NCBI GenBank assembly: GCA_030141605.1
Contig: JAQGDQ010000054.1
Span: forward strand, 558,001-622,000
Direction of reading: 5' to 3'
Source of the DNA: Tubiluchus corallicola
Taxonomy: Eukaryota; Animalia; Priapulida
DNA length: 64,000 nt
Shown piece after piece: positions 26,238-40,033 of the stretch (position 1 is the first letter of the stretch; every line of letters begins with the position of its first letter). Under the pieces are notes generated by a model. It saw only the letters and a program-made list of their open reading frames with translations, made no database searches and had not been told where the DNA came from. A program made the position numbers and the translations under genes.

Positions 26238-28074
26238 TGAAATGTTGAAAGCATTTGTAGGTAATATTTTTGCTTGTTACCCCTTTTCTTAATTATTTAG
26301 CGCGTAAGTTTGTTTTCTGAGTTAATCTCAAGAAAGCGAGGCAGCCGAGCCAGCAATGTGACAACCTTAATTGCGGATATTGTTGCGGAAGTTTTTCCCA
26401 TTAACAGTTTTTGCGTGTTCTTGCTCACTTTTCCAATCTAATTCGTATTCTAGCTATCTCGCAATGTTTCAACGTGTGTCTCATTTGTAAAAGCTGCAGA
26501 GTGAAAGTCTATTCAGCGTGGCTTTTCAAGGAGTCTACAAACCGAATGCATACAGTGAGATTCTTGCACTGTCGGCTACACCCTGTGTAAGTGGAGAAAG
26601 GCCCGCGCGTCTAAGTTCCTTTCTCACAAAAATAGGAACATGTAACTAGATAAGCAGGCTTAGAAGAGAGCACCCAGCACACATTTACAAACAAAACAGT
26701 TTTCAAAATATAAGATTGTAAACAGCAGTAGAACACAAATAAAATATTGCTCGTGTTTAACTATAGCAGCTGCGGGCTCTGGTTCAATGGCGCCGGCGTG
26801 GAACTAATCAAAATTGTAAAATTATACTAGTATCGCGTTAGAAGTTCTTTTTCGGCAGTAACTCAAGACACGCGAAATGTAGTTTTTCTGACCCTCCAGA
26901 CGGTTTCACACACCTCGCTAGTTAAGCTTATTGCCGTATTAGATCAGGGTATATTCGGTATCAAGAACGGTACTAAAATCAAACTGCAAATAGAACTATT
27001 GAACGGAAAATACAAGACAAACTTGTAAAAATGTTATTATGAAAAGACCAAGCTAAAAGACCTGACCTATTCTAAATTAAAAAACAATTTCAAAGAAATC
27101 CAGAAGAAAGATGTATATTCTTCAGAAATGTCAATATTGCAATAATAGAATATTAAAGAGGAAGATTTTATTATTAAACGCAATATCTATTATCTCTTAA
27201 AAGAGAGCTTTTATTTGAACTTAAAAGAAATTTGACCATAATCACAGTCAGTAAAAAGAGATGTTGCAGTACGTAATCAATTTTTTAAAATGGAAATCTT
27301 AAATTTTGAACCTTTAGAGCAGAATTATTTGCCCTGAGAATAATTCCACCCTGAGAATGAACCAGCTTTTTCCCTGAAAATGCACAATTTGCTTGCCCTG
27401 GGTGGGTCGCCACTCCCCCTCCAGACACTCGCGTCTTTCGTCTGTGTACAACAGTGAGAAATAGTTGAATGTCTTTAATGTCTTTTGTCGTTTATTTACT
27501 CGATTTATCTTTAAAACAAACAAAAAAATGCGCAACCACAAAAATTTCTTAAAAATTGCGCTGTGTTCCTAAACGAAGGCACATTTCCAGTTGCTGCACA
27601 TGCAATATGCGATAATGTGTGCAATAGACAGTCTTCAGCGATTTCTATAACCTAGGCAATTTTTTATGTACCTGTGCGACGATTTTGACTATCCTATCTA
27701 TAATTAAAATCTTAACACATTTAAAACGTGCGTTGCGAAATCAGATGCTAATTTACGTTGGGCAGTAAATACGGCGAACCTTGTGGTCTAATTTCGAGGA
27801 TTTACCGTTTACGTTAATGGTATAGCCTGTAAGCGGGTCCCCTTGGACGCTAACGTAGTTGAAACAATAGCAAGATTAGGTAATTATTGAGAGCAATAAT
27901 TTGTGTTCGTGAAACACTGATGTAGTGTAATGCGTACTATATGCAGCTTTAAAGATAATTCTATTAATGTGAGAATTTCTGTCTGAACTTCCTTGTAAAT
28001 AAATGCCCAGGGGTTAGTTTCTTTGTTCTTGTAAATGGTTATTAAATTGCAAAATTTGTGTTAAGCGAAAAAAG

Positions 28075-28269
<195 letters not shown>

Positions 28270-28449
28270 TGTCACGTGGAAGTGTTAGTTACGAAAGGCC
28301 CACATCTGTGAAAGTTGCTATTGTATAACACCTGAGGCATGCGCAAAAAACTTCTTACTTCTCGCTAACATCCTATTGTTGAGGTCCTATTGTGTGCTGA
28401 TTACTACTGGAAGTAAATACTTATTACAGATGGTAACTACATTCAAATA

Positions 28450-29110
28450 GTAACAGTCAGTAATATGCAACATAAATCATTAATCCTCATTCACAGCATA
28501 GCTTGTGTCTAAAACACCTGTGTCCAACGCCCCTGCAACCTAATTACATTCTTGCATTCATGTTATCTTTCTTTTGCCTCATTGTTTCAGCTTCAATGAT
28601 ATATTAATGCATTGCATATTAGAGTGAGAAACAGACGGTATATAAGAAATCTATAAAGTTTTGCGATCTGCATTTTCTATTATTTCACCAGTTATACCAG
28701 TGTCAGATTATAACCACTGTAATGGTTTCCAGCATCACTGTAAGATTCAGTATTTATCAATGTCAGCCGCTCCAGTTTAACGTTTATTTTCATACAGCGC
28801 TATTACTATTATAATTAGTTTTAGCTTAACACTAAGCACATTTCTTGAGTGCTTCGGGTTTATACAACTCTTTCCGTTGAGAACTAACATCATCCGCCAT
28901 GAATTCTTGTATTTACACGTTTTCTATGCTAGGTTTAATTCCCCTTGTTGATGAACCGCCTAGGAGAGCAAGTTTTTCTCCTCGCGTGTTTGATGTCCAG
29001 TTTTGCGCATCCGCTCGGGCAGATTTTCTTCTTTAGCTAGGGCAGGCCACGTAATTCAGGGGCGACGTCCTCAGTTTGCTTTCAGTAATCTCCTTGGCAA
29101 GTCTATATCG
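28450..29110 (-). mobile_element. Possible decayed LINE ORF1 (esterase-type) remnant
   Basis: Minus-strand frame with few stops includes KLALLGGSSTRGI, resembling SGNH block I (LLGDSxxRG). Confidence 0.2.
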
Positions 29111-29312
29111 CTGATGAAACGATTATAGGTCATGTCTGCAAGAATATAAATAAGCGAAAGGAGTTAGAAAAGGTGAAACAATGACGACAATTCATGCATC
29201 TGTTATGAAAACGCTGTCCAGGGTTAAAACGGAAGACATTAAAACAGTGAAAAGAAACAAAAAAGAGGGAATGGAGAGAGAAAGAGGAAGGAAGAAAGAG
29301 ATGAGGAATGAA

Positions 29313-29550
<238 letters not shown>

Positions 29551-32500
29551 ATAGATTTGCTTTTGTTTTTTCCATTGTATTGTTTACGCCATATTCACAT
29601 TTTTGGCATTTGCAATTAAAACGCGACATTGTGGAGGCAAGTTCCTATGATGGAGTTTCAATGCATTCTGACATTTTCACTTTGTTTTACTGTAATTGAT
29701 ACCTGCTGAAATGATAGTTATTTCACACACCATCAACTAGGGTAAACAAATCCTCGTGATTGAGTTCGTTAAACAGATCATCCAGGTTAAAGCAGGGGGA
29801 AAAGTCAAAGGACGTAGTCTCATCAGTAATTATCCTCGGGGAATGTGTGTTATAAGTTCAGGAGATCAAAGCAAGAGAGCGAACGAACGAACGAACAAAT
29901 AAACAAACACGCAAGCAGACAAACAAACCAAAAAGAATTATGTAAAGTTAACTATGCGATTGTCAGAAACATGACATTGTTAAAACTTTATTTCATTTTG
30001 TTTCTTTTGAAAACATCTTATCTTCGAGCCTTACAAAATTTAATGATTACAGCTTTCAAGTGCTCTCAGGTGCCTTCAGCTAACTAAGGTATGTTAATTA
30101 TAATCCAAAAAGAATAAATAACTTTTTTAATACGCTCATAAGTGTACCTATATCAGATACACTTTTAATATGGTAAAAGCTGGGCGCTAAATTTTTGGTT
30201 TTAACCTTGGGTTTGTAAGTTTGTGGCCTTGGTAGAAGTCCTTGTTAAAACCGCGAATCTAGCCAGTACAGCTTGTGATTGAGATGCGGGAGTCGATATT
30301 TCACCAACTTTGCGCAATTGTTTACATTATAGCTATGTCAGACACATGTGCAGTATATAACCTTAGTTAACAACATTCCAGCTGCTGCACAGCTACCTAT
30401 AATAAATTCATCACAGTTTAACCACGCATGTTACTGTAACGACTCGTTTTAATTGCTTGAAAATAACAATTATTTATTTGTCTGCTCACCACGCTTTCTA
30501 CAGTTTTGTGAAACGCAATGATTACATACACGATGTGAAACGTAACATGCACGTAATGATTCCCGCATTGAAACCTGGACTCTGATGCTATTCACCTTGT
30601 GAAATCCTGGAGTTGGGCTTACCGCCTTTAATAAACGTTAAATTCTTCAAGGAGACAAACGAGGTGACATTTTTGGCTTTACTAGAACGACCTTTGCTAG
30701 ATGCCCAACATTTTCAGACTCAACGTCCACAAAAATGTATTTATTTTACAGAAGATTTGATTTGATTTGATAGTTAATATTTTTATTGCAAACAAGAGTT
30801 CACTTTTCAAAATACAACATCACACATTTACAATCAAATTAAAAAATTAGAAAAAATGATTAATAACTGAATAAGTAAGATTGTTACAGGGAAAGAACAG
30901 TTACACAATGATAAGAAACTAATGGAGAATACTATATACGACAAAGATCGAGTCAACTACAGTATAAAACTGAAAACTAATTTCTTCTAATAGAAGAAGC
31001 GCCACATCACAGTTTAATATACACTTCCGTATTTTTTTATTACTGTCTAACCTTTTCTGTAGACTATAAATGCATTTTCTATATATAACGTCAAAAAATT
31101 ATTCCATAATTAATTCTCTTACAACTCTTTACAAATAGACAATGAAAAATTCGTCTTCATTTTCCAAACGCGCTTTTAGTTAAATGTTTTCATTTATTAA
31201 GGGTAACGTCTGTCGTTAAAGCGTTGCGTCCACAAAACGTGCTAATTAGCAATTGAGTGTTTCTACTGAGGTACTCGTGAGTCATGACAGCTGCCAATAA
31301 ATTCCAGGGAACAGTTTCTAATCTTTTGCCTTCATGGAAATGCGAAAATTTACTAGAATTGTAAAATTTAATAACGACCTTCTTAGTTCTTACATTCTAA
31401 AATAACTGGATTAAGTTTCACTTTATTGAACATTCTCAAAAATTAAAATATTTGCTTTATTATAAGTTATAGTAAATGTTATAAGCTTGACGACAAACAG
31501 CTTTTTTAATATTAACCAAACAACGTGATAGTTAGTTATGATAGTTTACTTTATTTATGTTATACTTGGTTTGGACTATAAAAACATTAATCTGTAAAGA
31601 CTTTTCTCCTACATAAATATCTAAACCCTGCCATCTTGAATAAAAACATTACTACATTAAACCACTGTAGGCTAAAGAATACTTAATTAAAACAGAAACA
31701 TACGAAAAAAAGTTCAGTTAAAAAATTAAGAGAGAGATAGCTAAAAGATGAAAAACTAGTATCTAGCACAGATAAAGTGTGTGCTAGGTCCATAAAGCGT
31801 ATTTACTATAAATCAGTAAAGCATATGATAATTATAAGCGGAAAGCGAAATGGACCAAAAACCAGGCGCACAGTTAAGCAAGTAGTCGGCCAGGTAAACA
31901 GGCAAGTACGGTGGCAAATAGTAAACAGGCAACAGACAGTGAAGGAAAAAATGGTAGGCAGGCAAACAAATACAAGACGTCAGCAGTTAAACTGTTTATC
32001 GCTCAAGTTTCCTCAACTTTACCATGAACCTAGGACAGAAATGGTAAGATATACTACTTGATATGTAACAGACATTATGTTCGCAGACATTAGTAAACTG
32101 TGAAAAGCTGGCACCACTTTTCATTGCGTAATTTTCTATACTGAGCCTTAGCGCTATTGCAAACGATATGCGGATGCTGAGCTGTAATATGGCGCCATCT
32201 TTTATAAAGTGTACTTAAACGAATGAAGCCATATTGCAGTGAGGCCGCCCTATTTCTGCGCTTCACAACAGATGTCGCGCAATCATCAATTTTGCCTTTA
32301 GCCATATTAGTAACATCAACTGATGTTGGTTATATAGAGAGAGACCTCTGTGTCTATGCACATATGCGATTAGTAAATAAGTTAAGTAAGTAAGCAAGTA
32401 AGTCAGTAAGCTCATTTAACGCCAATTTTCATTTCATACAAAGAAAATTAGTTGACTATTCAATCAACTAAAAATTATAAAATTATACAATTCAATCGAC

Positions 32501-33639
32501 TAATATCGAATTAAAACGATAAATAAAGGCTTAAGAGTCAGAACAGGAATTTTAGAACTATGTTTTGCTAAAAAATAAAATCCCAATTTGCACATTTACA
32601 TTAATAAGACAGCGTTTCTAAATATTTCTTGACTTTGCATATGAAAACAGCAAGTGCTGGCGACGTTCAAATATCATCTCTTATATATAAATGAATTTAA
32701 TTCATTTCTTGTAGTTTTGACTAATTGGGCTTTTTATAATTTCAAATCGTTTCTTAAAGAATGTATTGTGTTTCCCTTCTCAAACCTTTGAATATTTTAG
32801 AGGGATTGATGTTACTGACTGACTTATACACTTCTTTGAGCAAGTTGTATTTTTACATAGTAATTGTATTCCTACCTGACACTTTGGCCTTTTTGAACAA
32901 TGTTATGTAGCTCGAATTAAAGTTATGATATACAGTTCTCTAGATCGTTGCCAAGGCCGAATTTATACCCTTAGGCATGTAGTTAAATGTAGAAAAAAGA
33001 AACCGAAACAATGCCATGCAGTTTTTAATTGAAAAAAAAAACAGTACAAAACACAATACAGAACATAAACATAATACAAAACATAATACAAAAAAATTAG
33101 AGCACAATTTTCCTATGACCGGAGGCATCAAAACGTTTGATAATGTTGTCTCGGTTCACGAGAAGATCTCGATGAACATGTAATAAAGCCAGGCGTTTTT
33201 GCGAAGTCTTGAGGCGTCTTAATGCAAGCGAAGGAGCGGTCACAGCAGCATGAGCTAACTGCTATCACATCTAGATTAACTGGATCAAATGGAGTACTTG
33301 AACCAATTGCCGCTAAATCCTGACTACTAGTTGAACTCGTACCCGCTGGTTCAATTCTTTCAAAGGGATTGGAAACCTAGGCTGTTACACCAAAATGAAA
33401 TAGTATCTTTCGTAACAAAGGTAACGTGCAAAAAGTACAGAACAAGTAAAATGGTTACAGCTTTTCCTAAACAATAAGTCAGCCGTCCGTTATGGAAATA
33501 CATAGAAACACGCTGGAATTATTGATCTCACAGCAGGGAGAAAAAATTGTAAATCCGATAGTTAGATGATTTTCAGAAAAATTGAGCTAGGAAAATTGAC
33601 TGAGGCAAGTGCCTCATTTACCTCAATGTACCTACGGCG

Positions 33640-34120
33640 TACTTCTCATAGGTCTCTCTTGGAGCTTCTTAACCTTACGCATATGTTACAGAGTGACCTA
33701 GCAACACCAATGGGCAATACGTAAAATTTTTGCTATACAATCAAACTCGATTTCTCATATAAACTATCAGTTATTCTTCTGAACGCTTTAAACTTCCTTC
33801 TTGCCTTTCTAGATAAAGCTGCAATATGTACTTTAAAATCAAACCTGGGGCCTTTATGCACACCAAGATACTTTAAACAGTCCGTGGCTTCTAAATTTCC
33901 TAAAATTAAAAAGTGTGCTTTAGGTGTTCTCTCCTTCTTAGCTAGCAGAAAATGGCACTTTTCAGGGTTTGCCTGTATTTGGTTACGTCTGCTTTGAAAT
34001 TACTTGCTGGCACTTTCTGCATCATCAACTTTAAGTTGATTTACAAGATTTACAAGCTATTTACAAGATCATGATTTTCAGCTGTAACAACTAACGTTTT
34101 ATCGTCGGCAAGGTTACAAA
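33640..34120 (-). mobile_element. Decayed LINE reverse transcriptase fragment (CR1/L2 group)
   Basis: Minus strand LADDKTLVV and DCLKYLGVH...FDFKVHI motifs in the expected order. Confidence 0.6.
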
Positions 34121-35059
34121 AGAATACTATTTCTTAAAAGCAGAGTGCAGTTATTTCAAAAACACAGTTTGCAATAGTATATTGTCTCACAGTTTTGCAA
34201 AAATCAAATATTTATTGTATGTCAAACATCAACGATTCCTCCTAGAACGAGACAAATAGTTCTAGGCAGCATGGCAGATTTTTATAGTCAGCGCGATAAG
34301 AATAGGTTTATTGGTTTATTATAAATTTAAATTCTGGTGATAATCCAGAGAAAGTTACCTAAAAACACAATGCCGCTGTGTGCTTAGTTTTTGTTAATGT
34401 TGTGGTTGACGTTGTGGCTGTTGGTCATTATCGCTATCTCTGCTCTTGCTATTGCAGCTGCCGCTACCGTGTCGCTGCTTCTGTTGTTGTTTTGCTGTTG
34501 CTGCTGCTGCTGCTGTTACAGTTGTTGTTGTGTTGCCTAGATAAGGTCAATAAGATTTCATCTGTTCCAAAAAGTCTGTGCCAGCCAATGCGCAAGTGTA
34601 AGCATTTGCAATTCAATGTTTCACAACGTGGCATAAACTTCAATATAATTCTGAAGCCATTGATTAATAAATTAAGCCGCCAAGTATTTGATTAAGACGT
34701 TTGATTATTTATTAGTAGGTGCATGTATAATTTATAAAACTGAAGCTGGGCGAGCGCAGGGGACCGCTTTGCTAGGGTAACCCGTTTAGTTTTCGCGTGA
34801 TATGGCTTTCCATCAATCGACTGCTGATATTGAACCTGTTAGCAGCGTCATAAATATTTTATATGTGACACGAATTAGAAAGTCTGTCACTATGGATGCA
34901 AGACGCGCCTAATTCGCTGTGTTTACATTATTTGCACACAATTTTCTTTCTATCACTTCAAAAAACATAATTATGTAAGTTAAGATAGAGTGTGGTACTG
35001 AGAAATTGGTAAATGGCAAAACGTAGCTGTATCTGTTAGATACAAAGAATGAGGGGAAA

Positions 35060-35240
35060 GAATCTACAATTGCCCACACAATCTAAATACACTAACCCTA
35101 ACCCTAGTCCTAGTCCTAACGAAACCCTAACCCGAACCTAAATCAACCTTAACCCCAAACTTAACTCTAACCCTAACCCCTACCGTAACCCTAATCCGCT
35201 TCGCGAACTAATTTATTGTGTGTGGGAAATTGTAAATTTT
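35060..35240. repeat. Degenerate (CCCTAA)n telomere-like array bracketed by inverted repeats (MITE-like)
   Basis: tacaattgcccacacaat (35065-35082) pairs with attgtgtgtgggaaattgta (35215-35234); CCCTAA-like hexamers lie between ~35092 and 35195. Confidence 0.7.
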
Positions 35241-37438
35241 AAGCGAATGGGGTTGCCTACGAAGAAGTAATTAGAACCAAGATTTTATATTTTAGCATTA
35301 GCAATTTTAATCTTTTTCTTATTTTAAATCAACCAAAATTTCATTAGGCTGATGACATCATTCTCATTAGGTTTCGTATCAGGATTGCTAACTTAGATTA
35401 ATTTATATTAAAAGTAGATTTTGTAATTTTTTCTCTGTGCTAGGTATTAAGATGTTTTTGCATTTTATTTTGTTGATTGATTTTATAATTATATATTGTT
35501 AATAAAGACATTTAAAAGCTCATATCATTCACGTAGATGATCGATATTAAATAAAATTTAGCTTTTCTTATCTGATCTTATCTTATCTTAGGACGTTATT
35601 GGCGTTATAAGATTAAGCAGGTTTTGTAAGAAACAGCACTTCTAAAGTGATCTGCTTTTAACTTACGAATGCTTTTGCTAAACCTAAAAGCGTAATGTCC
35701 TGTAATCTTGCAGTTATGGCAGCCTCGAAATGTATACTGAGAGTGCACGAGCATGTCTTATGCGGATTACTTGATGCAGTTGTCGATCATTGCTCCTTAT
35801 GCGGCCAAGCAGTTGCTATTATCCCTCTTATGAATTATTCTTACGAGCCCAAAGCTATGGTAATGATGATGTATGATGACAGCAACAATGTGACACGACC
35901 TAGTAATTTCTCATGACGGTTAAATTAGGAGTTCAGCTTCGAATATATGTCGCATCGCACGGAGTGCCTACTTCTTCAATATCAAGGAGACTTTAATGCC
36001 AACTTTATACAGACAGCACTGAAAAAGTTTGCTGCAGTCTCCAGTCTTCACTCACACGGCTTAAGGAGCTGTCATTCTTCATGCAAAACACAAATAAATA
36101 AAAAAAAATCATAATATATAGTAAAACAAACAATTAGGCTACAACAGCAAAGCCATACGTTAGTCGCGTCGTTAGTTAGTTAATTAGTTAGTTAATAGGC
36201 CGCAGTTAGTTAATTAACAAATTTAAGAGATGCACAACACGACGCTTAATTTATTATCAGATCCTGCTTGCTATCAGACATAAGTTGACGGTTCATAATT
36301 GATTAGTATTAACGTTCATAGATATGAAAGTATAATTAAATTAATGTGTAAGTTAATGGAATTTTGCCGTAACGGAATGTTCTAGAATATGATGTCATTC
36401 TCACGCGTTGGAATGTCATGTACTGTCTGCTGAAATGCAAGTATTATGTTCTGTTGTCAGTGTACTAAACTGGCGATTTGGTACGGTTTCGGGACATTGA
36501 ATTTGCTGCATTGAAAAAATGCAAGTTGGAGACGTCTAGTAATACAAAATGTAGATTATATTTTGTATTAAGTAGCGTAAATGATCGAAGTTAAGACGCA
36601 GTTCTATACACACAACATTGCAATTCTATACACTACCATTATTTATATTAAATGTGAATTATGATAAAAATAGATGGTTACAACCGTTCTAGACAGAGAT
36701 TGCTTCGAAATAGGTTATGAGAAACTTACAAATAATATAAACTCATATTGGCACTATTGCGTGAACTCATGAGTACAGTGATAAGAAAATTCTGAATTTA
36801 CCCCAAATTTAGTGATTTAGTCTAGTGCATTTCCATGTTCAGGCATTTCAAAATTTATTTAACCATTCAAGGCCATAAATTGGTCGGTGAACCATAAAGC
36901 AATATTGTACTGAATAATTAACTGCCCTGGCAATAACTCCTAGCTCTAGATGCTTTTGTATTTACTCTATGGATGCCTGAAGCCGGTACTTGTGACATAG
37001 AGAAGCCAGTAGTGTAGCACAGTGGGCGCGCTGCATTGTGCAAAACTTGATACGCGTTCACCTTCCAGCGTTAAGCGCACGTGGTGTATTTGGTAGTATA
37101 ATTGCTGTATAAACATTTCTGCTATCAAGTGTTGTAAATAACACTAAGCCGGTCAGTATTTTGGCTTCTCTAAACAAGCGAGAGATAATGTGCAAGTGTG
37201 GCCGTTTGTTGCTTCCGTTTGTAAGCTCCACTGGTTGTTTTTTGATTTATGGTGCGCTTTGTTCAGAGTATTGGTACGAATAAGTTTTGATGTGCACTGT
37301 GCAAAAATATAGCGTGCAAAGATTTTTCTGCCTAAGCGCCAACCTTAAACGTGATAGATGAGCCGCTAAATTATCGTTTTTGCTCGTGTTCTACAATTGT
37401 CTTTATTACTTTTTTTACACACTTTGACCTATTGCAAG

Positions 37439-37477
37439 ATGCAATCTGGCACTGAACGGCAAGGTCTACTACTTACG
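37439..37477 (+). CDS. Weak candidate alternative first exon B (MQSGTERQGLLLT)
   Basis: caagATG, 13 codons, phase-0 donor ACG|gtaact, downstream of a CpG-richer stretch. Confidence 0.25.
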
Positions 37478-39511
37478 GTAACTGGTTGTAGCAGAATTCG
37501 GAATATGCAAATTCTCAGATACAATACATTTTTAAGTGTTTAAAAAAGAATAAATAGTACTAACACGTAAATATTAATATATTATTTATTATCTTTTTCA
37601 TTATACGCTAACTGTGTCTACACTAAAATTATATTATTTGTTATTTGTTGTGTTTTAGCTACTGTAGTTATAATGTAATAGCTCTGTTTTTTACTTTTGT
37701 ATTTTGTTGTTGTTTTGCTGTATGTATGTCATTGTAATGTAATGTATAAAAATTCTAATTCTGAAATATTAAACCAGTAGAGGTGTCTAATCCACGCTTG
37801 GACGTTCATACATTCTACCTAAACAAAAAATTCAAAGGTAAAACTTCACAAAAGCCGTTTTGTTCAATTACCCGTCGTTTACTCATCCATTTGATAACCA
37901 GGGTCGGTTTTGCTTAAACGTCTACTAGCCAAGCACGTACAGTGACCACTCAGCTCTCCCCCTCAACCCGACAAGTCCTGTCAAGGCAATAACATGCGGG
38001 TCTACCGAGAAAGTGTTGTAAATGGCACTGGGCATGTGCATAGAATAAGAAAGAACTGCTCATAAAGAGGTAATGCAAATTATTTGTGAAAAATTTAGAG
38101 AGTTTGGCATAATATAAGAAACAACCTATGGTAGATAACCCACAGCTTGGCATAAAACATAAAAATAAACGCCGTAATGATGTCCAAACAGTGACCTGTA
38201 TGTGGTAGAGCAAAATAATCACGGGAACAGCATGATTTGTTTGATCTACAGAAGCACCAATTTTGATTTGTTTTTGCTCCGAAAATATATCCAAAACACT
38301 TGCAAGTATCTCAGTAGATTCAAGGCATTACTATCAAAAATACACGGCGTATAATACATGTGTATTGTTTTTGTAATTTTTGTTCTTGTAATGTAATAGA
38401 TTTATTGACGATTTACAATCCATACAATTACAACTACAAGTTACAAAACATTACATAAACAATGCAATACATTACGATGAAGAAAAACTACACAAAACCC
38501 CGCACATGGGGTGTAATCACCAGCACAGTACACAATAAAACACAATAAAAAAAATAATAATAGTAAACGGTATCTACAGGGTTAAATATTACAATTATGT
38601 TATATTATGATATAGCATGTGGTAATATGAATCAAGCGTGGATGTTACTTTAACCGTTGCCCAATTGGTGTGCACAGCTTTACCTTTTCCTGCTATGACG
38701 GTTTTATTTAACGCTATAGCGATCTAGAGAAAAACGGTTATTGTTTTTATAAAAGTAAGCATATATCATTAGGGTTTAGTTTGAAATGTTTTTCTATGCC
38801 TAAATGTTTACGAATTTTATTTAGCTCCAAGAACAACTACAAAACTTGAAAAAATAGCTCACTGCAGTGAGCTGAAAAAAAATTACTAATAGCTGTTGAA
38901 CAACTGCATTATAGTCATTAGGATTCACTTTAAAAAAGGAAACTATTTATTCAAGCAGTGAGGGGCGTAAGCTATCCTTAACTAGAGAATTGAGGTAATT
39001 TTCGTTTTTTGCTATCTATGATAATCAGTTAATAATAAACGGAAACGAAGAAACAGGAAGGGAGGAGAGAGAAGGAAAGGGAAGGGCAAAGAGAAGGAAG
39101 ACAGGAAAAAGCATGAAATGAAGAAGCAAATGAGGAAAGAAACAGACTTGTGAACGAATGAAGTCAAACAAGTAAGAGCTTAAGATTATAGTATTTATGA
39201 TTTTTGCGTCGTTAACAACATCGGAAAGCGTAACGGCGGAACCAGTAATAACTTCGCTTTATTCTTAAACCATTGTGAAATCAAGTGAATCTTGTTTTAC
39301 TTACAACAAAAGCATCTTAACGTAAAAGCGATTTTCCTTTGTAAGAAGGCAAAAGAGTAGCCATATAGATTAGAGCCTGATCATTAGACAATGGCAATAA
39401 GTTGCAAACAGAACTAATATTGTCTCTTGGCGTTAGTACTTTACTTTTCCATTTCCTACAAAATTCTTGCTTGGCTTCATAATTTGTTGTGAAAGCAACA
39501 AGAATGCAGAC

Positions 39512-40033
39512 CAGGGCTGGATTAAGGTGTCTTAGTTGCCCTAAGCACACCCAGCACCTGGCGCCCCGCCTCTCTTCTTTGCCCCGCGTTACCGCGTGCA
39601 CGTTCCGCGGCTCAAAATATACGTATTGTGCGATAAAAATTATGCGACATTATGTATAAAACAAACTTATACCACTTAAATTCTTTATTGACTTGAAAAT
39701 GAAATGTTAATTTAAAAAATCAGTTATAAAAAACAAGGTATGACGCTTGCCAATAGCAAAAAATTTGTCAGTTAAAACACAGAAGCCAATGGCTTCTAAC
39801 TAAGGCACACATTAAGGACAACTTAATTGCGCAATATAAAATAATGTGACTATATCAGCAACACTTTTCAATAACACAATGTCTAATGCTGTTATTAATT
39901 TTATTTAAAGTTTAATTTTATGTTAACATGCTTTATTAAAATTTTATCTGTTTTAAATTAATTTTTTGCCAGCTTGGTACCGCCCGAGGCCTTAAGCACG
40001 TGCTTAGTCTGCTTATGCGTTAATCGGGCTCTG
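39512..40033. mobile_element. hAT-type MITE, 522 bp
   Basis: Perfect 8-bp TSD atgcagac (39504-39511 and 40034-40041). Imperfect terminal inverted repeats cagggctggattaa / ttaatcgggctctg. Subterminal palindrome taagcacgtgctta. Confidence 0.9.
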
